NCBI GenBank assembly: GCA_965198175.1
Contig: OZ240245.1
Location: forward strand, 4,448,001 to 4,512,000
Reading direction: 5' to 3'
Length of the DNA stretch: 64,000 nt
From: Candidatus Poribacteria bacterium
GTDB lineage: Bacteria; Poribacteria; WGA-4E; PCPOR2b
Under the pieces are notes generated by a model. The model searched no databases and had not been told where the DNA came from. It saw only the letters and a list, made by a program, of their open reading frames with translations. A program made the translations under genes and the position numbers. How positions within the stretch are numbered: the first letter of the stretch is position 1; each line of letters begins with the position of its first letter. Shown piece after piece: positions 10,998 to 21,251 of the stretch.

Positions 10998-12218
10998 ATG
11001 CACGCGGAACTTGTGATGATTGGCACCGAACTCCTACTGGGCGAGATAGTCGATACGAACGCCAACCGATTAGCAATCGCGCTCCGCGATATCGGGTTAG
11101 ATTTATATTACAAAACCACCGTTGGCGATAACGAGACCCGTATCACCGAAATCCTCAATCGTGCGCTGGATCGTTCGGATGTGGTCATCACCTCTGGCGG
11201 CATCGGTCCCACAGTGGACGATCTCACACGCCAAGCGGTCGCCAACGCCACAGGTCGTAAACTCGTGTACAGCGATGAGCTCGAGGCGCAAATTGCGGAA
11301 CGGTTTCGTCGTTTCGGTCGGGAGATGGCGGAAAACAATAAGCGCCAAGCGTATATTCCCGAAGGGGCGACGCCGTTATCCAACCCTGTTGGAACTGCGC
11401 CGTGTTTTTTGAGCGAGGATCGACGCGGACGAGGCTTTGTAATTTCTCTGCCCGGCGTTCCGCGCGAGCTTGAGTATATGATGGAGCATACGGTGATTCC
11501 ACTGCTTGTTGCGCGGATGGGCGGGAAGAAGGTCACGAAGGTGCGCGTTTTGCGGACATGCGCCGTTGGCGAGAGTAACGTGGATCGGGCAATCGGGGAT
11601 TTAATGACTTCGGCAAACCCGACGGTTGGATTGGCTGCGCACGTGGGTCAGACTGATGTGCGGATCGCAGCCAAAGCCGACACCGAAGCGGAAGCGGACG
11701 CGCTGATTGCGCCGATGGAGGCTAAACTTCGGGAGCGGTTGGGTGTGGCGATTTATGGTGTGGCGCGGGAAACATTGCCGGATGTTGTGGGGCGCTTATT
11801 GACCGAGCGAGATTTGAAGCTAGGGGTCGTTGACACGCTTACTAACGATCAACTGGCTCGCGAGCTAATCGAAGCCGGGTACGGCGATTTGATAAAAAGC
11901 GCCTCGTCGCCGGCAGATTTGGCGGAGGCGTTGGAGGCTTGCGATCTTGATTTCCATTCACGGGAAGCTGATATCCGGGTTCAGGCAACTGCACTGACTG
12001 CACGGGTCGCTCCGGTTAACGGTTTAGGGCTGGCGCTCTTGGGACCATTTGAGGAGAATTCGACCTACATCCTTCTCCAGGGACCAGGGGACGCTCGCCT
12101 CTTCGAACGCAGCCGCAACTATCAGGATACCGACTATATCCGTCGGTGGCTGGCTATCCAAGGGATGGACTGCATACGCCGGACGATCTTGGGGGTGCTG
12201 AAATCGCCGGTAGACTGA
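10998..12218 (+). CDS. cinA: CinA family protein (MoCF/COG1058 domain, degenerate C-terminal domain)
   Basis: IGTELLLGEIVDTN, TSGGIGPTVDDLT, NPVGTAP, LPGVPRE. Confidence 0.9.
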   Translation: MHAELVMIGTELLLGEIVDTNANRLAIALRDIGLDLYYKTTVGDNETRITEILNRALDRSDVVITSGGIGPTVDDLTRQAVANATGRKLVYSDELEAQIAERFRRFGREMAENNKRQAYIPEGATPLSNPVGTAPCFLSEDRRGRGFVISLPGVPRELEYMMEHTVIPLLVARMGGKKVTKVRVLRTCAVGESNVDRAIGDLMTSANPTVGLAAHVGQTDVRIAAKADTEAEADALIAPMEAKLRERLGVAIYGVARETLPDVVGRLLTERDLKLGVVDTLTNDQLARELIEAGYGDLIKSASSPADLAEALEACDLDFHSREADIRVQATALTARVAPVNGLGLALLGPFEENSTYILLQGPGDARLFERSRNYQDTDYIRRWLAIQGMDCIRRTILGVLKSPVD

Positions 12219-12258
12219 ATTAGGCAGCATTGAGGAAGGCAATTTTATCCAACCAAAA

Positions 12259-13155
12259 TCAACTGAGTTGGTGCCAATCCCCCCCAACCTGATCGAAACG
12301 GCGGTACAGCTCGGCAACGGCTTCTTGTGAGATTGAGAGACCGCTATTGAACAACTCGATGTTTTGACGCATATTATCGGGATTTTTTGTCCCGACGATT
12401 GCCGTATCCACCTCCTCATGGGCGAAGGTGAAGCTCATTGGGAGCAGGATACGGTGTTTCGGTGCGCCGGGGAGGGGACCCATCGCATCCATGATTTTCG
12501 CACGTTCAAAGTAATCGTCATAATAGGCGCTGGGGCTTTTGGATGCCCGCCATACGGCGTTGGCAATTGGGCGTTTGATGATGATGCCGATTTCGTTGGC
12601 TTCCGCATCGGGAAATAGGTTTGTGCGGGCGCGTTGGTCAATGAGGTTGAAACTAGTCTGGAGTGTGTCAAACAAGCCGCTGTCGATGACCCATCGGGTG
12701 GATTCGTTGTCCCCGCTGTGGCCGATGAAGCGCGTTTTGCCTGCTTTCTTGGCGTCCAGAAGTGCCTGGACAGCGTCGCTTTGCTCCAGGATGTGCACGC
12801 CGCAGGAGTGCAGTTGCACGATATCCAGGTAATCGGTCCGCATTCGGCTCAAGCTGCGGTCGATGTTTTCATTGACAGTTTCAGCGGACCAGTCCTCGCC
12901 GGCTCCGCCGTGCCCGCATTTGGTGGCTAGGAAGTATTCGCGGCGACGGTGTGCAATGGTGCGACCGATTAGCTCTTCGCTGATACCGTAACAGGCGGCG
13001 GTGTCGAGCAAGTTAACTCCGGCGTCGAGCGCGGTATTGAGGACTTCTCCTGCTTGCCGCGTTTCATTCAATGTCAACTCAAATCCGATCCAGGCAAGCC
13101 CTAAGCCCAAGCGGCTTACTTCAAGACCCGTCTTACCCAAAGTCCGTTTCTCCAC
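12259..13155 (-). CDS. Aldo/keto reductase
   Basis: LGKTGLEVSRLGLG, DTAACYG, ATKCG, DIVQLH. Confidence 0.93.
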   Translation of the reverse strand: MEKRTLGKTGLEVSRLGLGLAWIGFELTLNETRQAGEVLNTALDAGVNLLDTAACYGISEELIGRTIAHRRREYFLATKCGHGGAGEDWSAETVNENIDRSLSRMRTDYLDIVQLHSCGVHILEQSDAVQALLDAKKAGKTRFIGHSGDNESTRWVIDSGLFDTLQTSFNLIDQRARTNLFPDAEANEIGIIIKRPIANAVWRASKSPSAYYDDYFERAKIMDAMGPLPGAPKHRILLPMSFTFAHEEVDTAIVGTKNPDNMRQNIELFNSGLSISQEAVAELYRRFDQVGGDWHQLS

Positions 13156-13582
13156 TTCGTCCTCTCCAATAACAGTGATAGGGTTTACGCAACCGGCATG
13201 CGAACCGCAGGAAAACTCAGTTGTTGTCGCCGGAACTGAGAAATGGCGGATTAGACTCCCTTATTTTCCCTCCAGTTGTCAAACTGAATCTTCTTGACTT
13301 TATTCCCCTTTCATGCCAGAATAAGGGAAGCGCAAAAACCGTGTTTACGAGCCGCACTACTCTATTTTATCAGATTTGCAGACGCGTTTCAATCTGAATT
13401 CGACAGCGTTTGCCGTTATGTTAAGCTCTGGATAGGCGACGACACTAAAGTCACTGCAACTAAAAATTACACATATTAATCCGATCAAAAAGGGGTGTCA
13501 ACCCCTAAGACTATCGCGCTCCTTATCCAGTCGCTTGATCTATTCGCTTAGTTGATCCTATTCGGTCACTTGATCCTCGACA

Positions 13583-13608
13583 ATCGGGAGAAGGATCTCC
13601 CTCCCACA
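13583..13608 (-). repeat. Short REP-like hairpin
   Basis: Reverse strand tgtgggagggagatccttctcccgat, an imperfect hairpin beginning GTGG. Confidence 0.4.
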
Positions 13609-13666
13609 GTGTTGCTCCATGCGACTTTGCAGACTCGTGGGTAATAGTAAGTACCAGGAGGTATAA

Positions 13667-14713
13667 ATGATAATCAAGACTGCGGATGATCTTCATGCGC
13701 TTGCCAGAGAGATTCTACTGAAGGGGGGTGCGGATGAACACAACGCGGACATTGTTGCAGAGCACCTTGTATCGGCGAATCTAAGCGGGGTCGACACACA
13801 TGGCGTCTGGCACTTGCCCTTCTATGTGAAAGGGATGCAAGCCGGTGAGATTGTCCCCACAGCCCGTCCTGAAATTCAAAGCGAAACTGCCACGAGCGCT
13901 CTGGTTAAAGGTAACTGGGCTTTCGGTCATGTGACAGCAAAGTACGCGATGGAGGCGGCAATCGAAAAGGCGAGGGTACATCATGTGGCGGTGGTCGGTC
14001 TTGTTCAAGCCTGCCACATCGGTCGACTGGGTCACTATGTGGAAATGGCGGCGTCTGAAGGGATGATTTCCATGCTCTGGGCGGGCGGGTTTGGTGTGGA
14101 GGCACCCGCAACTGCCCCCTACGGCGGAAGAGAACGGGCACTGCATACCAACCCGTTAGCGATGGGATTCCCCGCCGGCGGTGAACCGCCAATGATGTTT
14201 GACTTCGCCACGACTGCGGTGTCCGGTGTTAAGGTCGTCAACGCGCAGCGCAGGGGTGAACAGCTACCGCCCGGATGCATCGTTGACAAAGATGGCAATC
14301 CGAGCACTGATCCGAACGACTACTTTGATGGAGGTGCATTTGCGCCATTTGGTGGACATAAGGGATATGCGCTAATGATGGCAGTGGAGTTTCTTGGACG
14401 CATCTTTACGGGCAGCGACACCTTCACCGATGTCGGTCGAGGCGGTGCAATAATGGCACATCAAGGTGTAACGATGATTGTCTTGAAAGCGGATCTGTTC
14501 CGACCGTTCGCCGCGTATGCAAGCCAAGTGGATGAGATGGGAGGTCGGATTAGGGCTGTGGCGCCTGCGCCCGGCTTCGAAGCGGTGCTCATGCCGGGCG
14601 ATCCAGAGGCGCAAACGCGCGCCACCCGTCAACGTGAGGGAATTCCAATCGCCGACGATATTTGGGGGTCAATTACGGAAGTCGCTGCATCGCTGGGCGT
14701 GCAGGCTGTCTAG
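13667..14713 (+). CDS. Ldh_2 family (malate/L-sulfolactate/ureidoglycolate) dehydrogenase
   Basis: GVDTHG, HIGRLGHY, TNPLA, DFATT, GGHKGYAL; RBS AGGAGG. Confidence 0.93.
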   Translation: MIIKTADDLHALAREILLKGGADEHNADIVAEHLVSANLSGVDTHGVWHLPFYVKGMQAGEIVPTARPEIQSETATSALVKGNWAFGHVTAKYAMEAAIEKARVHHVAVVGLVQACHIGRLGHYVEMAASEGMISMLWAGGFGVEAPATAPYGGRERALHTNPLAMGFPAGGEPPMMFDFATTAVSGVKVVNAQRRGEQLPPGCIVDKDGNPSTDPNDYFDGGAFAPFGGHKGYALMMAVEFLGRIFTGSDTFTDVGRGGAIMAHQGVTMIVLKADLFRPFAAYASQVDEMGGRIRAVAPAPGFEAVLMPGDPEAQTRATRQREGIPIADDIWGSITEVAASLGVQAV

Positions 14714-14990
14714 TATTCCATATCCCTAGATATGAAGTACATTCTGCGCACGATTGAGTGAAGTGAAAAATTAGATTCTGCTATCTCCTTTTCATCAGAG
14801 AGAGACAAGACTTTAAGGACTACGAATAATCAGAAAGAAAGATTTATTGCTGTTGGCGAAGAGTGGAATCCCAGAAATTCAGGAGTATATCATGAAACGC
14901 ACCGCTTTCTGTTGACGTAAATTGAATGTAAGCTTTCTAACTGTCAGCAATGAGTGCAAATCCAGAGATTGAGATATGAAGGAGTATACC

Positions 14991-16580
14991 ATGAAACGCA
15001 CCGCTTTTTGGTTTGGGGGAATTATTATACTGGTGTGTGTGCTTGTACCGATGATGAGCTACGCAACTCCAGCTTTTTTGGTACGGGGTCTTGTAACAGA
15101 TGCAAACAATAATCGGATTGATGGGCTTGATGTCACTGTTGAAAATACATCGAGGTCTATTCCAGCAATGACGGGACGCACTGGGGAAAGTGGCAACGGG
15201 ATTTATTCCGTTTTCTTTTTCAGTCTTTCTGGGGCCGCCGCGGAATCCGGCGATGAGATACAAGTCACCGTCGAACAAGAGGGGGAAGTTGTCGCTGAAG
15301 CAACGTACATACTGACCGACGACGATATCGAAGCAGCCAGCGCAGTTATTGATATTCAGATTGAATCGAGAGTTCCCGCGCCAATCCTTGACAGCGCCGC
15401 GTCGGATAGCGGCATAATTACCGGTGGCAAAATCGTTCAATTACTCGGAGAGAATTTTCAAGAAGGCGCAAGCGTTATCGTCGCGGGCAATGCGATTTTG
15501 GAGGTAGATTTTGTCTCTCCAACCGAACTCACCATCACAATCCCCGAAGGCGCGGCTGGAGTTGTCGAAATTGTCCTCACCAACCCGGATGGGCAATCGG
15601 ACACAATCGTTATTGAGATTGAACCGAGAGTTCCCGCGCCAATCCTTGACAGCGCCGCATCGGATAGCGGCATAATTACCGGTGGCAAAATCGTTCAATT
15701 ACTCGGAGAGAATTTTCAAGAAGGTGCAAGCGTTACCGTCGGAGGCAACGAGATTTTGGAGGTGGATTTTGTCTCTCCAACCGAACTCACCATCACAATC
15801 CCCGAAGGCGCGGCTGGGGTTGTCGAAATTGTACTCACCAATCCGGATGGGCAATCGGCGGCAATTGAGTTTACATACGTCGAACTGCTTTCATCAGATA
15901 TCAACAGGGATGGGGTTATCGATATCTTTGATCTTGTAATAGTCGGCGGCAGGTTTGGAGAATCCGGCGAAGGATTAGCCGGGGATGTAGATGGGAATGG
16001 AGTCGTCGATATTTTCGATCTTGTGCGCGTGGCGCGCCGATTCGGAGAATCAAGCATTGTCGCGGCGGCGCCATCGGTCCACACCGTGAAGGGCAGCTTC
16101 ACTGCGGATCGCCCAACACCCAAGCAGGCGGGCACTCGCGTTCGCACCATCCCAATGGACTCAGACATCAGCCGTCGTTTACGTACGGCTTTGACCGAGT
16201 TAGAGCGTATATCTAATGTGATGCCAGAGGTGCGCTTAGGTGCAGACATGCTGCGCAAGTGGCTGGTAGTTAACTCCGGCATCCCAACGAATACGCAGCT
16301 TCTCCCCAACTACCCGAACCCCTTCAACCCGGAGACATGGATTCCGTACCATCTCGCCCGCGACGCCGATACCACTCTTTCCATTTATGACGCAAGAGGT
16401 GCAATGGTGCGTCAATTCAAATTGGGGCATCAGTCTGCAGGATTCTATACTGATCCGGGTCATGCGGTATATTGGGATGGCTACAACGAACGCGGCGAAT
16501 CGGTCGCAAGCGGCACCTATTTCTACCAACTCCGGGCGGGCGATTATACCGCGTTGCGGCGGATGGTAATTGTGAAATAG
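14991..16580 (+). CDS. Secreted protein: 2x IPT/TIG, dockerin-like, FlgD-Ig/T9SS-CTD-like C-terminus
   Basis: Signal peptide MKRTAFWFGGIIILV; GENFQEGA..VSPTEL repeats; DINRDGVIDIFDL x2; NYPNPFNPETWIPY. Confidence 0.85.
   Translation: MKRTAFWFGGIIILVCVLVPMMSYATPAFLVRGLVTDANNNRIDGLDVTVENTSRSIPAMTGRTGESGNGIYSVFFFSLSGAAAESGDEIQVTVEQEGEVVAEATYILTDDDIEAASAVIDIQIESRVPAPILDSAASDSGIITGGKIVQLLGENFQEGASVIVAGNAILEVDFVSPTELTITIPEGAAGVVEIVLTNPDGQSDTIVIEIEPRVPAPILDSAASDSGIITGGKIVQLLGENFQEGASVTVGGNEILEVDFVSPTELTITIPEGAAGVVEIVLTNPDGQSAAIEFTYVELLSSDINRDGVIDIFDLVIVGGRFGESGEGLAGDVDGNGVVDIFDLVRVARRFGESSIVAAAPSVHTVKGSFTADRPTPKQAGTRVRTIPMDSDISRRLRTALTELERISNVMPEVRLGADMLRKWLVVNSGIPTNTQLLPNYPNPFNPETWIPYHLARDADTTLSIYDARGAMVRQFKLGHQSAGFYTDPGHAVYWDGYNERGESVASGTYFYQLRAGDYTALRRMVIVK
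15360..15858 (+). repeat. Intragenic tandem duplication, 258-bp period
   Basis: gagagttcccgcgccaatccttgacagcgcc at 15368 and 15626; the copies are near-identical. Confidence 0.95.
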
Positions 16581-16758
16581 TATCAAGCGACCAGATGCGG
16601 GTTGGAATACTGAGGTCTATTAATCCCCAGAGATTACAACTGAACAAGGGGTGTGGGACGCCAATTCTATCCATCAAGAAATCCATACGGATGCAGAAAA
16701 GTATACCCATCAGAGAAGCATCGAATAATGGTTAAATGGTAGGTCATACACGCAGAGG

Positions 16759-18642
16759 TCAGTTGCGTGATGTCTCAATCAGGTGCGAACTTGTCAGCGC
16801 GTCTCGCACATCGGTGTCATTGCTCGTTACGATGACCTGATGATTGTCGGCAAGCTGGTGAATAAACGCAATCATCAAGTCTTTGCGTTCCCCATCCAGA
16901 TGTAGGGTCGGATCATCGAAGATAAAAAAGCCAGTATTCCCCAACACCGTTGACAGTGCGGCTTTGAAGCAGAGATAAAGAATCATCTTTTCACTGCCGC
17001 TGAGCAGCATTAGATTGCGTTCAACGCCGTTGATGTTTAGAGACGGGAGCAGGTGCTGACTTTTCAGGTCTACTTTAGCAAATTCGAAAAGATTCATCCG
17101 TTTTAACCAACGCTGGAGTTCTTCCTCGGCGGGCTGTAGCATCTGTTGTTGTAGGGTTTCGATTGTTTTTTCCACGCCGGCACAAGCGAGCTCAAAGCTA
17201 AGACGTGTCCGTAGGATTTTGTCGGCTTCGGTTTGAACGCCTTGAAGTTCCTTGAGTTTATGGGTTAACACCGCTTCTTCTTGGTTGAGTGTGCCGAGCC
17301 GCTGTCGCAAAGCATCAATCTGGGATTTCAATCGGCGTCGGATTTCAGTCATCTGCACCGCATCAGGCTGCGCCTCAGCCGTTGTATCCGTTTGCGATGG
17401 CGCGGCAGGCTGTAGCGCGTTCAATCGATCCGTGACGGTCTTGAATTCACGCTGCAACTCCGAAAATTGGGTTTCGACACGATCAAGCATCTGCACTTTA
17501 TTCAACAGGAGTTGACGCCGCTGGTTGAGTTCGCGCAATGCGTTGACATCATCCGTGTGTTTATTGAGGATTACCTCTTTCGTATCAAGTTCGCGCTGGC
17601 ACTTTTCTCGCTCCGACAACTTTTCGTCAATGATTTGCGCGATTGTCTCTTGCTGAATAGGCTGATGGCAGGTCGGACAATGTCCTTGATTGCTAGTGAT
17701 GAACTGACGTAAGGTTTCACATGCCCCGTCCAACGTCCGAATCTGGCTCGTCAGACTGCCGACGTCCTGAATAACTTTCTCCCGTTCCGTCTCCAATCCC
17801 TGCGCCTCTGAAATCGCCGTTTCAATCACCCCAATCGCTTCGTGTAGATGCACTGGATCGGTAAAGCCGCTAAGAATTGAGGCACGCTCCTGACGCAACG
17901 TATCTATCTGCTGCTGGAGCCGGGCACGTGTCTGACTCAGCTCAGCGATTAACAGCACATCGCCATCTTCGGCAGCTTTGCTTGATAGGCTTTCATATTC
18001 CACCTCTAAGGCTTTCAGTTCGTCCTCAATACGCTTAATTTCTTCTCCATGCCCCTTGACGGTTGTTACCCGCAGGCTGCGTTGATGGTCTTGAACCCGC
18101 TTTTCCTCCCGCTTGGCAAGCCGCCGTCCCTCAATGAACCGTTCGCGAACATCTATTAAGCGATCGATACCAAGCAGCGCATACAAAATATCACGCCGAT
18201 TCGAGGGCTGCCGGGCAAGAAATTCAAAGATTTCACCCTCCCTCAGGAAGGTTGCTGCAGAAAGATGGTGATAACTCAGTTGAACAATCTTCTGAAGCTC
18301 GGCGTCCGCCAAGCGTTTCCCCGTGATAAGGACACGCCACCCGTCGTCCTCTTGAAGGCGGAGTTGGACGTCTCCGTTGGTTGATCGAAAAAGTTGATAA
18401 CGCTTCCCTTTATCGCGGAACCTGAGTCCTGCTGTGCCGCTCGACGCGCCGGATCGTGTCATTGCAGACAGTGTAACCCGGGGGATGATCGGTTTGCCGG
18501 TTAGCGCGAAGAAGATTGCACTAACGAGTGTGCTCTTGCCGCTGAAATTTGGCCCGAAAATCAGATTAATACCTTCGGTCAGATCGAAATCCTTTCGGTC
18601 AAAACACCCAAAGGATTTGAGGATTATGCGTTCTAAGAGCAT
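16759..18642 (-). CDS. Rad50/SbcC-like SMC ATPase
   Basis: Walker A GPNFSGKS, coiled coil, zinc hook CPTC, signature LSGSE, Walker B IFDDP. Confidence 0.88.
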   Translation of the reverse strand: MLLERIILKSFGCFDRKDFDLTEGINLIFGPNFSGKSTLVSAIFFALTGKPIIPRVTLSAMTRSGASSGTAGLRFRDKGKRYQLFRSTNGDVQLRLQEDDGWRVLITGKRLADAELQKIVQLSYHHLSAATFLREGEIFEFLARQPSNRRDILYALLGIDRLIDVRERFIEGRRLAKREEKRVQDHQRSLRVTTVKGHGEEIKRIEDELKALEVEYESLSSKAAEDGDVLLIAELSQTRARLQQQIDTLRQERASILSGFTDPVHLHEAIGVIETAISEAQGLETEREKVIQDVGSLTSQIRTLDGACETLRQFITSNQGHCPTCHQPIQQETIAQIIDEKLSEREKCQRELDTKEVILNKHTDDVNALRELNQRRQLLLNKVQMLDRVETQFSELQREFKTVTDRLNALQPAAPSQTDTTAEAQPDAVQMTEIRRRLKSQIDALRQRLGTLNQEEAVLTHKLKELQGVQTEADKILRTRLSFELACAGVEKTIETLQQQMLQPAEEELQRWLKRMNLFEFAKVDLKSQHLLPSLNINGVERNLMLLSGSEKMILYLCFKAALSTVLGNTGFFIFDDPTLHLDGERKDLMIAFIHQLADNHQVIVTSNDTDVRDALTSSHLIETSRN

Positions 18643-18645
18643 GCG

Positions 18646-18855
18646 CTATTCTCCACTAACGTCGTCGATCATATCATAGAGCATCTGAGCTGTTACTTTA
18701 TCAACGCCGTGCTCAAAAGTGAACCGAAACGCACGAACGACAGTGTCGACTTCAGATCCACCGAGCACAGTGCGATATTTGCGTTCCGTTGAGACTAATT
18801 TTTGCACTTCCCGCTCGTAAGCCTCAACAAGTTCGTCCTCAAGGGCGGATGTCAT
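18646..18855 (-). CDS. Small hypothetical protein (69 aa) coupled to the SMC ATPase
   Basis: RBS GAGGAG upstream; stop lies 3 nt before the ATPase ATG. Confidence 0.65.
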   Translation of the reverse strand: MTSALEDELVEAYEREVQKLVSTERKYRTVLGGSEVDTVVRAFRFTFEHGVDKVTAQMLYDMIDDVSGE

Positions 18856-19065
18856 GTTTCTAGTAGACTCCTCAATACTTTAGTCGTTGGTTGATTTCAC
18901 CTGAGGACCAATCGTATAACTCGCTAATCATTAGACCGATCCTGTCTTCAGTGTATCTCCATTCCCCGTTGTCCCATATCCTCACGAATGATAGGCGATC
19001 TCGCGAAAACAATCAAGAAAAAAAGAGGTTTAGATTCATATCGCATGTCGGTCTGATTTTCTTTT

Positions 19066-19094
19066 TTGATTTGTCAAACAAGCTATGATATAAT
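19066..19094 (+). promoter_or_regulatory. sigma70 promoter of rib operon
   Basis: TTGATT-N17-TATAAT with extended TG. Confidence 0.7.
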
Positions 19095-19184
19095 ATTCGT
19101 CAAATAAAACAGACATATTCACTGAGCGGGTGTGTGAAAAAGGGTTCTTTTGATGTGCCTTCACATATCCTCTGAGAGAATCAG

Positions 19185-19308
19185 AGCGTCTTCGGGGGTG
19201 GGTGGAATTCCCCATCGGCGGTAGAGTCCGCGAGTCCTCGATTTTTGTCGAGTACAGATCTGGTGCGATTCCAGAGCCGACGGTAATAGTCCGGAAGGGA
19301 GAAGGCAC
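19185..19308 (+). ncRNA. FMN riboswitch (RFN element)
   Basis: tcttcggggg..ggtggaattcccc..cggcggt..agtccgcgag...cagatctggtg.gattccagagccgacggt..agtccgga.gggagaag upstream of ribD. Confidence 0.96.
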
Positions 19309-19323
19309 GATCGCGATTCTTCC

Positions 19324-19351
19324 GCCCAAAGCCTGATCTTTGGGCTTTTTT
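19324..19351 (+). terminator. Intrinsic terminator, riboswitch expression platform
   Basis: gcccaaag-cctgat-ctttgggc followed by T6. Confidence 0.85.
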
Positions 19352-19367
19352 GCATCAGGAGCGGTAT

Positions 19368-20504
19368 TTGTCTAGGTCATCCCAGTGGTCACCGACAGAT
19401 CAAGAATTCATGCGGTACGCGCTTACGCTCGCTGAAAAATCGCGTGGACGCACAAGTCCTAATCCTTTGGTGGGCGCGGTCATCGTTCGGGATAACAGGA
19501 TTGTCGGCGAGGGATACCATCAAAAGGCTGGGGAAGCCCACGCAGAAGTTCACGCATTGAATCAAGCAGGGGACCTCGCACAGGGGGCGACCCTTTATGT
19601 CACATTGGAACCGTGCTGTCACTGGGGACGGACGCAGCCGTGCACCAAGGCAATTATCCGGGCGGGAATCGCCAACGCTTATGTTGCGCTCGAAGATCCG
19701 GATCCCCGAGTCACCGGTAACGGCAACCGTGAACTGGAAGACGCCGGAATCCACGTGAATGTCGGCTTATGCGAGCGGGAAGCACGACGCCTCAACGAGG
19801 TATATCTCAAATATACGTCCACAAACCAGCCGTTTGTCATCCTCAAAGCCGCAAGCAGTCTTGACGGTAAAATCGCCACTGGTTCGGGCGAATCCCAATG
19901 GATTACGTCACAGGCGTCAAGGGTGAAAGGACATGAGATTCGCGATCAGGTTGACGCAATTGTTGTCGGCATTGAAACGATATTGCACGACAATCCGTCG
20001 TTGACGACGCGATTACCGGACCGGCGCGGAAAAAATCCAATACGAGTTGTCCTTGATTCGCACGGACGTACACCCCCCACAGCGAAAATCTTCAACCCCG
20101 ACGACGGAGCGGGCGTAATCGTCGCTGTGACAGAACAAGCGACTGCGGAAAACATCGCTAACCTGAAGGCGGTCGGCGCAGAAATCTTAACAGTCCAAGA
20201 AAAAGATGCTCGAGTTTGCATGGGAGCATTGATATGTGAGCTTAGACACCGACAAATCACGAGCGTGCTCATTGAAGGCGGCGGGGAAGTTAATGCCTCC
20301 GCTTTAAGGGCGGGAATTGTGGACAAGGTCGTATTCTTTATCGCCCCGAAGTTGATCGGTGGCAAAGCGGCACCTGGGCCGATTGGGGGTGAAGGGATTC
20401 AATACCTGTCAGAGGCTTACACACTCCGTGATTTAACAGTTACGCCAATCAACGGTGACTTCCTCATTGAAGGTTATTTGAATCCTAACTTGCGAAAGAG
20501 ATGA
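19368..20504 (+). CDS. ribD: Riboflavin biosynthesis deaminase/reductase
   Basis: TSPNPLVG, HAE, TLEPCCH, LDGKIAT, EGGG; probable TTG start after AGGAG. Confidence 0.97.
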   Translation: MSRSSQWSPTDQEFMRYALTLAEKSRGRTSPNPLVGAVIVRDNRIVGEGYHQKAGEAHAEVHALNQAGDLAQGATLYVTLEPCCHWGRTQPCTKAIIRAGIANAYVALEDPDPRVTGNGNRELEDAGIHVNVGLCEREARRLNEVYLKYTSTNQPFVILKAASSLDGKIATGSGESQWITSQASRVKGHEIRDQVDAIVVGIETILHDNPSLTTRLPDRRGKNPIRVVLDSHGRTPPTAKIFNPDDGAGVIVAVTEQATAENIANLKAVGAEILTVQEKDARVCMGALICELRHRQITSVLIEGGGEVNASALRAGIVDKVVFFIAPKLIGGKAAPGPIGGEGIQYLSEAYTLRDLTVTPINGDFLIEGYLNPNLRKR

Positions 20505-20606
20505 ATCTAGAAGAGGATAAACGCTTCCATTCTTCACCCCGCTTCAGAGGATTCCTTCAATACTAAAATCTTCTTAGCGCCTTCACATCACAGACTACAA
20601 AATATA

Positions 20607-21251
20607 ATGTTCACAGGAATCGTTGAAACCGTTGGAACCGTCAAACAGATTCAACACGCCCCTCAGGTTGGAACCCTCACAATCGCAGCTTCACAACAAG
20701 CCACAGCGGAAAGCAAAGTCGGCGACAGCATTGCGGTTAGCGGTGTCTGTTTGACAATGACCCGCGTCACCGCCGACAGTTTCACAGCGGATATCTCCGC
20801 TGAAACGCTACGTAAAACAACACTTGGCAATCTCAAACCTGGAGATGTGGTCAATCTCGAACGACCGCTGCGCTTGAGCGATCGGCTGGGCGGACATCTT
20901 GTTTTAGGGCATGTGGACGAAGTGGGAACTGTAAGCGACTGGCAGGACGAGGGATCTCTGATGAGAGTTACGATTTCCCCAACGGCGATGCGGTACGTCG
21001 TATATAAAGGCTCTATCTGTGTCGACGGTGTCAGCTTAACCATCGCGGAGTTGTCCGATGATAGTTTTGAAGTGGCACTCATCCCCCACACGAAGCAGGT
21101 AACAACGCTCGGAAAGCTACGAGTCGGCGCACGTGTAAATATTGAGGTTGATTTGCTAGGGCGTTATGTTGAACGGCTGTTAATTTCTGACCCTCGCAAG
21201 TCCCAAGCAATTGATTTCGCGTTTTTGAGGGAACACGGGTACGTTAGCTAA
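20607..21251 (+). CDS. ribE: Riboflavin synthase alpha chain
   Basis: MFTGIVE, GDSIAVSGVCLT, GGHLVLGHVD. Confidence 0.97.
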   Translation: MFTGIVETVGTVKQIQHAPQVGTLTIAASQQATAESKVGDSIAVSGVCLTMTRVTADSFTADISAETLRKTTLGNLKPGDVVNLERPLRLSDRLGGHLVLGHVDEVGTVSDWQDEGSLMRVTISPTAMRYVVYKGSICVDGVSLTIAELSDDSFEVALIPHTKQVTTLGKLRVGARVNIEVDLLGRYVERLLISDPRKSQAIDFAFLREHGYVS

